DNA of 64,000 bases from Takakia lepidozioides. Its lineage: Eukaryota; Plantae; Bryophyta. Shown piece by piece: positions 13,470 through 27,000 of the stretch. A model generated the notes under the pieces. That model was given only the letters and a program-made list of their open reading frames with translations. It was not told the origin of the DNA and did no database searches. The stretch's first letter is position 1; the number at the start of each line of letters is the position of its first letter. Made by a program: the position numbers and the translations under genes. The stretch covers positions 54,126,001 to 54,190,000 of the forward strand of contig CM060732.1 of the NCBI GenBank assembly GCA_030704615.1. Direction: 5' to 3'.

Positions 13470-14665
13470 TGACTTAACAATCCCCGCTCGTTTGAATTCA
13501 AGTGGAAAGCAAAATGGGGCATCTTGCTGCTCGACCACCAAGGATGGGACAAAATCTGGAGAAAAGACAGACCAGCCAGGCTATCCGGTTTTCTATGGAA
13601 AATCGCGCATAGAATTCTTCCAGTCAGAGAACACACCCATGAAGACAACCCTAACTACTCTTTGTGCGGTTCTTCTCCCGAATCCATTGAACACTGCTTG
13701 ATATTTTGCAATCTGGCTGTTAGAGTCTGGCACTTGGTTCTTGGTTTCTACTCCTATTGGAATAGCTTCCCCTCTCCCCCCCCCACCTTCTCTGTTGGTT
13801 CTGAATTTCACCGTGGGTCAAGTGCAGACTATTTGCCCGGTTTGGGCTGCTCTTAGAGCGCTTACCTTGTGGAACTTATGGAAAACAAGATGTGCTTGGG
13901 TTTATGAGGGAAAACCCCCAGGGGCAGATCGGTATTATTCAATACTTACCAAGATCTGTTGACTGAGGGGCGGAAGGCTTGGTTAACTGTCTGTGCAGCT
14001 GTTTCCAGAACTTTGGAGCAGCGAGGGAGGAAATTGCTTCAAGACTTCCATGACACCTGGGGCAAAAGCAGCATGCTCGGCGCCGGTTTTTGCAACTCTA
14101 AATTCACTTGGCAACATTCCATCCCCTCTCAATGGGAGGTCCCCTGGTGAAGGTGATGAGGGAGATTGCAACTGGCGCCATAAACGTTCTAGAGCCCCCA
14201 AATTCCGCGCGCAGCTACAGTTCTAGAAGTCTGGCATCTGCATTCGCCTCTGCGATGGTTCCGAGTTGCATCACCCTCAAATCTACTTCCACCATCCCCA
14301 TGCTTCTCTTGCTGATTTCAAGTCTTTTTCAAGACTTAGCTCATTGCTTTTTCCTGACATTGTCTACTTCCCTTCAGTGAATCCTTGCTTCTAACCCCCC
14401 CCATCCCTACCACATCTCTTTCGGCCCCCAACACCACTCTCTCGACCCTTCCTTCTCAAAGTCATCTCTTTGGGTTTCCTTGCTCCTTTCCCTTAGCATG
14501 TTCGCTATGGTTCCGGGGAAGTTCCCCCTCAGTAAGCCTCACCCCCCCACCCCCCCCCCCCCGGTGGTTATTTTTTCCACCCCTGTGTAACTCCTTATTT
14601 CATTTGATCAACAGGGCTTCTGTCCCTTTCCATTGAAAAAAAAAAGAAAAAAAGAAAAGAAAAAG
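13470..14665 (+). mobile_element. 5'-truncated L1/Tx1-type LINE 3' end (zf-RVT domain, 3' UTR, A-rich tail)
   Basis: WDKIWRKDRPARLSGFLWKIAHRILPV...SLCGSSPESIEHCLIFC...LWNLWKTRC; ends GGGCTTCTGTCCCTTTCC plus an A-rich tail at ~14636-14665; homologous to 35140-38160. Confidence 0.85.
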
Positions 14666-15309
14666 ACTATAAATACAAACATTGAAGGAAAAAGAGATAT
14701 GTAGGATCCTGATTTCCTCCATAGGGGAGGATTCTATCCCTGTGAGCCGCAAATGAGCAGTGCTCATCCAATTATGAGCATAGACCTTAAAAAAGGAAAA
14801 AGACCCCCCATAGGTCCCTTTACACCAGATGAAAAATCACCTATGCTGTGCTGACAGGAACACACATTGCGCTAATGAAATTATTTCATCCATTTCTTGA
14901 TGAGTAAATATCATCCAACCATCATTGCTTTTTATCCAATAAAAATATCTTAAAAATGTTTCACACCACTTTCAACTCGTTTTTTTTGGACTTGAGCAGA
15001 TTTTGTTTGTAATGGCATTATTCCAGGATATAATAGGAATCTATATCAGGTAGTTTACTCTTCTGAGAGGGAAAGATGGTGGGCGGAAGATTCGATCTTA
15101 CCATCATATTTATTGGCCTTGCCTTCCTAAGGCGGGACTAACTCAAAGGGTTTTGTGCTTGAGTTCAAGACAGGTGTAGCAGAAATATTTCAACCAGGTA
15201 TGTAAATGAATGAAATCCTTGGATGAATAATTTTATGCACGCGTGACAGGTTGTTGGGTAGGGCCGGGCTTGCATGCGATTTATTGTAAAACTTTAAAGG
15301 ATTTAAGTG

Positions 15310-15346
15310 ATATATATATATGTATATAACATATATATATATATAT
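15310..15346. repeat. (TA)n microsatellite
   Basis: Imperfect ATATAT run. Confidence 0.8.
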
Positions 15347-18021
15347 GTTCAGGGGAAAACCGGGGACGTGTGCCCCAGCAGTTTATTTGGGATTATTCTA
15401 GGACAAGAAATAATGTGTTTCCAACACCGAAAAAAAGAAAAAAACTTCATGTGAATTTAAGGCATTTCTTAAAAAGAAGAGTATTCTAAGAAAAAAGAGT
15501 ATTCGTTTTTCCCCTTACAAAAGTTCGGAAGTCCCCTCTTTACAAAAAAGAGAGAAAAAAGGAATGAAATGAAAATATCAGCGCCCGAAAAAATAGAGAA
15601 ATGGAAGGAAAATACGGGCCTGGTTGGGCAACGAGACCCTGGTTGGAGGTGTTGGGTTAGGGTTTGAATGAACCTTCCGAGGTTCCTCTCTGTGGTCTTC
15701 TTCTTCCTCGTGTTCTTTTTTCTTTTCATCGTCTTCTTGTAATTCTTGTTTTTGTTTTGCTTATGCGGATTCTCAACGACATCGCGGCATTTTAGGGTTT
15801 CTTTTTCCTTCTGGGTGTGAGTCACCGTTTCCTTCCAGAGCTTGTTTCTCTGTGTAATTTTTGGCCTTGTTTGCAATGTTGAGGCTAGTAGTAGTGGTTC
15901 TCCCAGTGAAGGCGCGCATTTTGGCCTCTTGCTCAACTTAATGTAGAGGCGAGGGTTTCTTTTTTTCCTGCTTCTGTATACTGCATTTGAACATTATGGC
16001 ATCGGTGCCTGGTCAATGCTAAGTAGTTAGCACTGACAGCGTGATCTCCCGTTCCAGCTGCTTGTCTGCTGCATGCGGTGGTAGGCAAACCATGGTCATT
16101 GTTGCATTCAATCAGGACTTGAGCGTGTGTTTTCTACTTCATAATTGCAATTGGTTCAGATTAGAACTTGAGAGATCTAAACCCTGAAGGGGCTTGTCAA
16201 AGTACCAGTGTTCCCAGCAATGTGAGTTGTTGCTCTTACAGCCTTCTCATGAAGGTGCTGGTGAAGTTTTCTCTTTGGCGCTTTTGCCTGCGCTCTCAGA
16301 CCATAGCGTGGTGAGATTGGCCGACTTCCATTCGATTGAGTTTGCGAGTAGTTGGCAGTGGCAACCTTGTACCAATTCACTTGTGAGTATTGTAACCACT
16401 GGAGCTTGGGATAAACTTTGTGTTTGCGAACAGACATGTACTCATAGCTAGCCTTGTGGTAATGAGAGAGAGAGAGAGAGAGAGATCCTCAGCACTCCTT
16501 CAGTGCCTTCAGCTCTTGTAGATTTGACGTGCGTGTAGAGAGACATAGAGAGAGTTATTGAGAGATGGATGGGCACCAAGGGAGGTGGGTGAAGAATAGA
16601 TTCAGGAGAATTGGAGAGGAAGAAAAGGAACAGCGAGGTTAAAGGAGGGTAATTGGCCCTTCTAACAGAATTCTGCTGCATGACATGTTACAGTATTTTC
16701 CCTTCAGAACAAAAAGTGGCACTCCATGGTTCCATGTACCCATTACGTCAACGAGGCCAGTAGGCTGATTTGACACAGGGTGTATTTGTAAGTCCTATTG
16801 GTGAATTCGCCAGTTAAATCAGCCAGAAGATCAGGATAAATTTAATAGGGTTAGTTTTTTTGGTTTTGAGAGGGGAATAACCACCCTTATTATTGCACCC
16901 TGGGTGATGCATTTAAGGACCATGCTCAAGTTGCAGAAAAGAAGCCAGTGTAACTCTAGGCCATGCTTGATTGGGCACACTTTTTGTTTCCCCACCTGCC
17001 CCACGGGAGCTGCAAAACATGCCTGTGCTTGTCGGCCTTCATCCTTGATACTGGCCCACTGCTGGAAGGTGAAAGGAGAAGCTTCAGTGAATGGCTGCAG
17101 CAAGCCCCACTGTCTTAAGGTAGCAGAATGCCTTTGTCGCTCAAGTAGCAACTTCAATGAAATCATCATTCCGCCAACCATTCATAATGAATGATGTAGA
17201 TATCGCCTGTTTGCCAGGGCTTGTGCAAGGATAGGGGTCATGCACTAAATAGAGAGAATGAGTAGGCTGAGAGCTGATGATACCCTCTCCATGAAAGATG
17301 TGCTGGTATGTTTCAATTAAGCTGCAGTTCAGTACAAAGCCCGATAGGATTGGTATGTAGATTGGCATGAATGTTGGTCGGTGACAGTCTTCACCATGCA
17401 TAGCACAGAGGTTAGGCCCTTTCTTATAATGCCAATTCGGAGTAGACCAACTTGAAGGCTGATTACTTGACATTGTTCATGTGAAGCTACATGTGAGAAA
17501 TGGATTTGAATGATGTACTGTGCGAACTCATATGAAGACAGCGGTAGTTTTGTGAGAGTGAGTCTGTATTGATCAGAGCAGTTGCTAGCTCTTAAGGACA
17601 TGATCTCAGAATTCTTTTGTCTCATTATGGTTGCTGTGTAACCTAAGAAGCTGAAACTCGGAATAAAGGCTTTGAGCATCAATTAGCCTCGCTGTTGGGC
17701 TGTACAGCTTGTTCAGATTCTGAGCATGTAGCAGGCGGGCGTGGGGCCAGGGCCACTGTAGTTCTCCCAGGTTTAGGCCTATTTTCTTGTGATCTGTTGA
17801 GTGTACTTCAATGTGCAACTTATTGGGTGTGCATAAGCAAAATGCTTAATCTGAAAACTATGGGACGAGTGAATGAAAGTGTCATGCTATAGTGGGTTGC
17901 AGGCCCAGTGGGGCTGGGAAAGTGGCAAACATGGCATGTAATTAGTTGGCCCAATCCAGCAGGTATTTATGTCTTTTGCTCCTGCAGGGTTGCGAGTTTG
18001 GGGAATGAAGAACAAATTGCA

Positions 18022-21000
18022 ATGAATGGTGGTGGCATGGGGCCAGTAATGGCATGGCCACATTCGCAAATTACGCAGCCTCAGGCAGCCACTGGGGTCA
18101 GGGAGAGGGAGACTGCTGGTGACAATCAACGCTTAAAGAGGAGGCCTTCATCAACATCACTGATTAATGATGGCAGTTTGAGTATGCCAGTGACCAGCAG
18201 CACCCCTCACCCAAGTGCACCATCAGCGAGACGAGTAGGAGGAAAAGATGCCCTTTCTTATGCTGCGATTCTGCGGTCCCGCAACAAGTTTGTGGATGCT
18301 TTGGCACTGTATGAAAGCATTTTGGAAATGGAGCCGCGGAATGAGGATGCTCATGTTGGCAAGGGTATATGCTTGCAAATGCAAGGCCTTTCACGACAAG
18401 CATTTGAGAGCTTTGCCGATGCATTGCGGATTGATCCACAGAATGTGTGTGCGCTCACTCACTGTGGAATCCTGTACAAGGAGGAAGGTCACCTAATAGA
18501 AGCCTCAGAGGTGTGTCTTGCACCCAGATGAATGGATCTTGTAAAGTCTCTTTGCTCAAAGGTAGGTGATACAAACAAACCAAAGGGCTTTCCTGGTTGA
18601 AAGCCTGGAACCCTCAACCAAAACTTACTAGTGAGCAAGGGATAGCCAATAAATTCCTCCATCAAAATGTTGTATTTAACGTGAGTGAGTGGGAGAGGGC
18701 ATCCCAACAGTTCAGCATCTTTGTCTGTGCAGAGGTGAGTCATTTGATAAAATTTGGTTGGTTGTTCTTCTTGTCATGGTTGTTATGGTAAGAGAGACTT
18801 TAGTCGTTACTTTACTTTAGAGACACCACTGGTTGCATGGGTGGCCAACTGAGATGGCTTGATGCCAGCTTACCATGATCACTGGACGGGCATGTGCAGG
18901 CTTATCACAAGGCATTGTTGGCAGATCCAGGCTACAAGCCGGCTTCAGAGAACTTAGCGATTGTGTTAACGGACTTGGGAACAAGTCTTAAACTGTCAGG
19001 AAATGTTCAAGAAGGGTTGGCGAAGTACTATGATGCCCTGAAAGCAGATAGCCACTATGCCGTAAGTGGATCTAGGTTTGTGGTATGGGTACTGGGGGCT
19101 TGCTCACTAAATCAAAGTTTACTGGAGGAGGTTCACATTTGTTTGACTGTACTTGGACCTTGGAAGGTGGATGGTCACCTTCATTTCATTGCTGTCCTTC
19201 AGCTAGGTTGAGTATCCAGTAAAAGGGGGTTGTGGCCACTATTCATCACCGTAGTAAGCATCCCAGTGAAGATGGCTATGTACCCTTTGAAGGGCATAAC
19301 TTGGAACCCATTGTGGGGTGTGTTAGCCACCAATGGTAATGTAAGTCACAGTGCAAAATCAACACAGTGCTGGTTTATGGCCTGGCATGGATATCACTCT
19401 AGGTTGAATCTGGTTGATGCCAGGAGTGGTCCTCTAGTGCAACAGATGTGACACTTCTCAGTGTGTGACTTACAACTTGTAATAGACAAGCTAGAAAATT
19501 CAGATGTTATATGCAGCACTGCTGCTGTAGCCCAAATTGGGCTGCAGTTCTAGAATGCCAGGGACTTTGTGTACAGGGAAGATAGTCCAAAAGAAAGACA
19601 GGTTGATTATGTCCAAAGGGGGTCTTGAGGGCCCATGAGCAAAGTATTATAACAAGAAACCACTTCAGAACACATCAGCAAAGTGCCCTATGAATGAAAG
19701 AGAGAGAGAAAGAGAGAGGCATTGGGACTGACTTGAAGATGTTAATCGTTGGACTTATTAGAGCATATTCAATGAAATCTACTGATTGGAAAATCTTGCA
19801 GTCTGGGTTTAGTGGCCTTGACTGCAGAGGTATTGGATGACAGTGTTTGTACCTCCCATAATAAGACAATGAGGAGTGAAAGGTACAAAGGGGCTTTTAG
19901 GGGAGGAATGTGGGGAGTAAAAGAAAGAAAAGCTGACACATGTTGACGATATACATTATGTTAGGGCGGCATATAACGGGTTTGTTGGTGTATTGGCAGC
20001 CAGCATACTACAACTTGGGGGTGGTTTACTCGGAGATGATGCAGTATGACATGGCTCTTGGCTGTTATGAAAAAGCTGCCCTACACAGACCCATGTATGC
20101 AGAGGCCTACTGCAATATGGGAGTCATTTACAAAAATCGGGGTGACCTGGATGCTGCAATTGCCTGCTACGAGAGGTGAATTTCCTGAATTTTTGTATAA
20201 AAGCCTGGAGCCAGGAAACCCTACAATTTTTAACTCGAGTCAGAACATTGGACAGGGAGTACTTGCCTTTGATATGTATTTCCGGCCTTACACAGTTCTT
20301 CTGATCTGTCTGACTATTATTGGCACAACAGGTGTTTGGCGGTGTCACCCAATTTCGAGATCGCAAAGAACAACATGGCTATTGCTCTCACAGATCTGGG
20401 CACCAAGGTGAAAACCAAAAACTATCTCAGTCACCTGCTGGTCCTCTCCTCTCCTATTACCTGTGACTTTTGCATAGTGATTGTTGAAAAGTGAGTGTCC
20501 AATACGAAGGAGGTAATGTGGTTGTGGTAAGCCATGTTAGAGTCCAAAATTCCTGAATCAGGCCATGGAGGTACCTTCAACCTGATTGTAGTGCATGCAG
20601 TGTCTAGACAGAACAAATGGAGCTATGAGCATCTTAGAAACTAATTCTTATTTGAAGCCTCATTAGAGCTGGCACGTACCAGAAACTAGTAATGATGTGG
20701 AATCTGGCAGGTCAAGCTGGAGGGAGACATTCATCAAGGGGTTGCGTATTATAAGAAGGCTCTGCTCTATAATTGGCATTATGCTGATGCAATGTACAAT
20801 CTCGGGGTCGCCTACGGTGAGATGCTCAAATCTGACATGGTAAGATCCAATTCGATATGTATGAAAGTGTAACAGTTGGATTGTAGTCAGGAATATCCAG
20901 TCTTTTATGTTGCAATATTTAATCATGCATCACACTTAAAAATGTGGGAGTCAGTAGAACATTCAGTTGTAGACAAAAGCCTGTGGGATTGTGTTAGAAA

Positions 21001-24000
21001 TGAGTGATCTTAAATCACTCCCTCCTCTTTAGATTTCTACTATTGCGGGTGGACTATTTCACCGACCTTTTGACAACACCATATAGGAATGTCCATATCT
21101 TGTGCGGATGTAATCCTTTGAAGATTGCTTGCTTCCAAGTGTACACCAGCACTGAAACCAAGGTTAGGTATCTGATTCCTTAAAATTTTGGGTAATGTGG
21201 AATCTCCCCCCAAAATTTGTCCTGATAGCCTCGTTGGAGAACATCAACTTTTCTGGATCTTGTGCACCAATGTAGTAGAGTTGCTTCAAGTTCCTGCCTT
21301 TTCGTCACCTGGCCTCTTTATCAGACAAAGAGGTATGTAGATACCTTGTACTGTTGTTTTCTTCTGAAATTTTTGGCACTTTGGGGTTGGGGTGAACACA
21401 GGCAGTTGTGATGTACGAGCTTGCACTACATTTCAATCCACATTGTGCAGAAGCTTGCAATAATTTGGGAGTCATCTATAAGGACCGTGATAATCTCGAC
21501 AAAGCTGTTGAGTGCTATCAGGTTGGTGGACTCATCCTCTGAGATTCTATCAAATTTATTATTCCTCAGATTTGGAGATGAGTTGTAGGCAAGTGCATAT
21601 GATGGGAAGGAAGTTCAAGTGAGAAGTTATTTGTGTGATGTGCTAGTGGGAACGCATTAGTCTTCTAGGTCTGCCAGTGGCTGCGAATAGTTAGAGTTTG
21701 GATGTGAATAGTGCATAGAGGCTACGTTTGTGTCCTTCACATCCCTTGAGAGTATTTTGTAGGAACTCTCTTTGATGGTGGGTGGTTCGTGATATCAGAT
21801 GGCGCTCTCAATAAAGCCCAACTTTTCTCAATCCCTCAACAATCTAGGGGTGGTCTACACTGTCCAGGTAAGGGTTTTTCTTATTTTACATGGATTTACC
21901 TTTTTGACATCTCTGTTGTGGTCAGCCTTTTGATTAATCTGTGTGGAGTTCGATAGGTGGCTAGATTTTTAAATGAGTGTGTTGGAGTGACGGGAGTCTT
22001 GGTTCAGTGGTCATACTTGCGCTGTCCTGCATTGCAAATTCTGGATCATCTTTGCTGACCAAATCTTTGAACCGAAGTTTTTGTTCCAAATTTTCCTGGA
22101 ATTATATCAAAAGGAGATGAACTGGGTTAGAAAGAGAGGAGAGTGGCAGAGTGGAAGGCGAGAGAAAAAAATCTGTTTTCCTGCCCATCTGGTTGTTTCT
22201 TGCATATCAAGACTGTGATGGAGGTTTTTTTTGTGATAAATTGGCATTTTTGGCTAGTTTTATTCCATTTGAAACAAAAAGAACTGTGGGAGCTGGCCAA
22301 CTGGTTGTTTCTTGGTATGACAAGACTCTGATGGAGGTTTTCACTTGATGAAGTGCATTTTGGGGGTTTATTTTCTTTTTAAAACTAGGGGACGTTTTGT
22401 ATCTCATGTGAGGAGTTATTGGGTGTAGTCGTTTCAGTCAAACTTGGAGCGGTAGATGTCGAGGGTAATATATTATCTCATGTCCTCTGTGGTAATTTGC
22501 AACGTATGCATGCAGGGTAAAATGGACTCAGCTGCAAGCATGATAGAGAAGGCTATTTTGGCGAATCCATCGTATGCCGAGGCGTACAACAATTTGGGTA
22601 GTGGCCTGTTTTTCATCATCTTCTGTCCCTCATTCTCTCTCTCTCGTCTTTATTCTTTTGTGTTTTGGCAAGGAGGTCACACTAAGAAGAAATACGAAGA
22701 GCAAACTTTACAACAAGAGGTTATTTAATTTTCACTTTCTCTGCTCGTATACGGTTTCTTGCACTTGAGCAGGCAGATGAGTGGTTGGGTGTTTGTGCCA
22801 TGCAATGCTTAACCTGGTGATCCTTGGCTCAATCCTTCAACATGTGCTCCATCTATTGGCCCCTCGTGGGCAGTGCGTTGAGCTACTCTGTAAATTCGCT
22901 GGACGTCAAACAAATTTTCACTTTTCCTTCTTTTACTTTCTTATTGGACATGGGTTTTATGCCACAAAGGCAAGGACAAGCCGAAGGTAACAAAGTTGAG
23001 TCCTGTCGAAGCAGGTGTGGTTTCACTTCACCTTGAAAGGGGCTAGTGTCTTCTGTTGGGAAGGTGGACATGTAGTGGCTGTAACTGTGGTAACAAGGTT
23101 GCCTAAACCTCCTGGGTACTCACAAGTGGGGTAACTGGTGGACCCACTGGCTCCGTTTTTTACAGTTGGGTTGGCTATAGTGGATGACATCCAACATACA
23201 CCTATGTGGTTTTGAACGCACAACTGCTTGTAAGGTGGCCTTGTGCCCTAACTACTCGGCGATCTGTTGGATGTTGAGACGAGCTAAGTTTAATAAGTGC
23301 ATCTGCTACCTGTAGATGTTTATTGTTCAATTCACTGAAGTAATGTGCTCACCTCTGTTCTGCTAACAGAGCTAGGGTGGACTGACAGGTGTGTTGCATA
23401 GAGATGCTGGGAGTATTCCGCTTGCAATCGATGCATATGAGCGCTGCTTGCACATTGACCCTGATTCTCGAAATGCTGGCCAGGTTTGATTGCATGAGAG
23501 TGTCCTTCTCGGTTATTCCATTTGACAGCCTCTTTTGTGTTGGACTTTCTGAGCTGTGACATTTAGAGGAAAGTAGGATTAAATGTTTTCACCATCCATA
23601 TGAAGTCCTCATGTTCTCGACTCCGGTGGGTTTCACAGAATCGCTTGCTGGCACTGAATTATATTCATGAAGGTGAAGATGACAAATTGTCCAATGCTCA
23701 CAGGTATACCATTTTCTTTGTCTAATTGTCAGGCCCTCAAGGTTAGCGGACTGTAAATTGAAGTTTAGCACAGGATGAAGTGGTATAAACAGATTATAGG
23801 ACACACCTGAATATATTTTTGTAATCAAGTGGTGTTGCGTGGATATGTATAGGGATTGGGGAAAACGCTTCAACCGCCTGTACCCAGAGTTTACATTTTG
23901 GGAGAACTCTAAAGATAGAGAAAGGCCCCTCACAATAGGCTACATCTCGCCCGACTACTTCACACACTCAGTCTCGTATTTCATTGAAGCTCCTCTTGTG

Positions 24001-27000
24001 CATCATGACTACACCAACTACCGGATTGTGGTTTATTGTGCGGTTGTGAAGGTGCACTATCCTCTGTAAATGTATTCTCATATATGTGAAAAGAGTATTT
24101 GTAATTTCACGAGTGAAGATTTTGCAGTGAATCTCCCAGCAGCTGCCACAGGGGAGTATTGGCATTTTGGTTTGTCACCTTGGGTTGGCCCCCTTTGGAA
24201 TCCACACAGTGATCCCCCTGCCACTCGTAGCGTGTGTGAGCAACCTGCTAGAACTTCTGTGTTTAGCTGTAGTCTATGCAGCTCAAGCCAACTTTAGCTC
24301 TGAATTCCTTAAGATAGTACACATAGCTTAGGAGTGTTGTACAGTTGAACCAGAGTAGAATTATTACCCAGCTCCAACTTTTGCTTTTATTTCTCCTGTG
24401 TTGGGGAGTGGTTTAAAATGTGACCTCATGCATCAGGCGGATGCCAAAACTCATCGGCTCAAAGAAACTGTTCTGAAGAGAGGTGGTGTCTGGAGAGACG
24501 TATACGGGATTGACGAGAAGAAAGTAGCAAATATTGCCAGGGAAGATAAGATTGACATACTGGTCGAGCTCACCGGCCACACGGCTAACAATCGGCTTGG
24601 TGTCATGGCCTGCCGGCCTGCCCCTGTTCAGGTGCATTCGGAGTCTAGTATTGTTTTGCAAGTTCTATTACATGATGTTTTGAGAAAGATAGAGGCTGCA
24701 AGTGTTGCTATATGTACCTTTATGGCATAGTCCCCGTGGGTAGTACCGCTCCTAGAGCCGCTTGTGCGTTTTCAGATCAGCAGGGTATATGACCAGCAGG
24801 GACATTTGACTCATCCTGAAATTGCATAGCACTTGCTCACAGCCCAGCCACAGACAAGCTGGTATTATAGGTCATGGTACCAGAGATGATACAAATGGCT
24901 GCTAGAGAGAGTAAGAGAGGTGCAAGCTTATGCTCCACTGTTACCTTTCACATTGTAAAGGCTATTAGCAGAAAGGGGGTTGAAGTTTCCATGTCCCCTC
25001 GTACGATCACATAGTATTCTTGTTTTATGTACTAATCTACCATCCTGCTGAGCTATGCAGGCAACATGGATTGGATACCCCAACACAACAGGCCTGCCGA
25101 CGATCGACTACCGCTTTACAGATGCTCTGGCAGATCCACCTACCACCAGACAAAAGTAAGCGAATGAAGGTGTTGTTGAGAGAGATGAGCTTGCACTGTT
25201 ATTTTTCACCAATACAGATAATGTAGATGTGCCACCTTAGTCTTGCAGGATACAAACTTCAGGATTGAATGGCAATCTTCGTATTGTGTTCACCTTACTA
25301 TCTTATATCCAACTGTGACTCATTTGTACGATGAGTTATATAGTGTAGCTGCCACAAATTTATAAATATTTTGCCACTTGTATTATTATGTTTCTTCAAT
25401 CCCAAAAATCAAGGCAGGAGTGTGTTTGAGGGACAAGGAGAAAGTACTAAATGGCAGTGGTTTCTGGTCGGGTATAGTTAGCTTCATTTTGAGGCAGGTA
25501 GGTGACAATATGCAAGGTCCACTGGCATGTCATCGAGCATTTCATGGCCCGCTTGCATATGGAACTCTTTAGTTGCACCCCGAGAAGTTATCCTCTGGGG
25601 TCCTCTGATCAATGATTCTGTGGCTTGGACGGTGGATGATTGTTTGACACTCACAGGCACGTGGAGGAGCTTGTAAGACTACCGGGTTGTTTCCTGTGCT
25701 ACACTCCGTCTCCAGAGACTGGCCCGGTGGTTCAAACACCCGCTCTCACTAACGGTTTTGTCACTTTTGGGAGTTTCAACAATCTTGCCAAGGTGAAATT
25801 GTCTCTGTTACTTGTTGCTAGTTCGGGATATGCTAAATCTAGCACAGTCTCTCTAGCATATCTTGCCTTGCCAAAGGCAGAAATGGTCTCTGCCCCTCTC
25901 ACATCTATCAGATAATAGAAGTCACTGGTCTCTTTTTTTTTCCCTCAAACTTTCTGCCTGTCTGAAGAAAAAATTGTCCACAAGCAGATTTCAGGACCTT
26001 AAACAAGAAGCTAAAAATTGAAAGAATGTACTTATAAGACGTAAAAATTGAAAGACAGAGAGAGAAGAGGGAACCTTTGCCAATGCAGTTAATTTCATTC
26101 ACAAATACATCCTTAGCCTCACACTCCGGGTCTTCAAATGGATCCATACTCCTGGACAATATTACCCAGTTTCTCTGGTTTGAGAACAACCACACAATTT
26201 CTCACAAACTGTACCCACCCTAATCAAGAACAAGTGTTATTTCATACGATAGCTCTGGTCTGCTCTAGATTAACATCAGAGACAGTTCCTATTTAGTCAA
26301 TCAGGATGAAGTGTGTTTGTTAACTGCGGTGCTACTGAAATTGTCAAAAGATCATGGGTTTTCTCATGGTTCATTTGGTGTCAGCTGTAAGCCCACGCGC
26401 TTACTCCTTGTTCGATCAGCCGATCTGCTAGCTTGTGACTGTTTTGGCAGTTGGATTTAAGGAGTTTGGTAGCCTAGGATGGGCTGGAGTAAGATCGTTT
26501 GATTCATATTAAGGCATGTTGACTTAATATCAACATGATAGATAACCAGACTCCTGTCAATGAGGCAGCTAGGCATATTACTTGCCTTGTCACCTCCCTA
26601 TTTTGAGTCTATGTACTTAATTTCAAGGGGTCTGGAATAAGCATGAGTTGCACTTTGACAACCACGGTGTACTGATACCTAGCCGTTGCAAATGCAGAAG
26701 TCTTGAGTCTAGACTTCCTAGATTTAGGAATGCATGGGAGAGCTTCAAATATGCAAAATATGTGGGATGTTTTAACACGTGAATCTTTTTCTCGTGCCTT
26801 TTGCTGTTCACCCCAATAATGTTTGTGCCAAAGACCTAGTCAGCTTCAGAAGGGACTAGGCCTTGGGCCTTGCAGGCATTACAGCTAATCTTACCAGCTC
26901 AATGGAGCAAGTGAATAACCTTGTTCTGGATCGGCAGTTGAAATTTAGAAGATACTGATTTGCCATTTTTGACATGCAGATGACACCACGTGTGCTGAGG

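Noticed and set aside
15469-17900. Short ORFs upstream of SPY
   Set aside because: Low-complexity or antisense ORFs; the region looks like SPY promoter, 5' UTR and leader intron.
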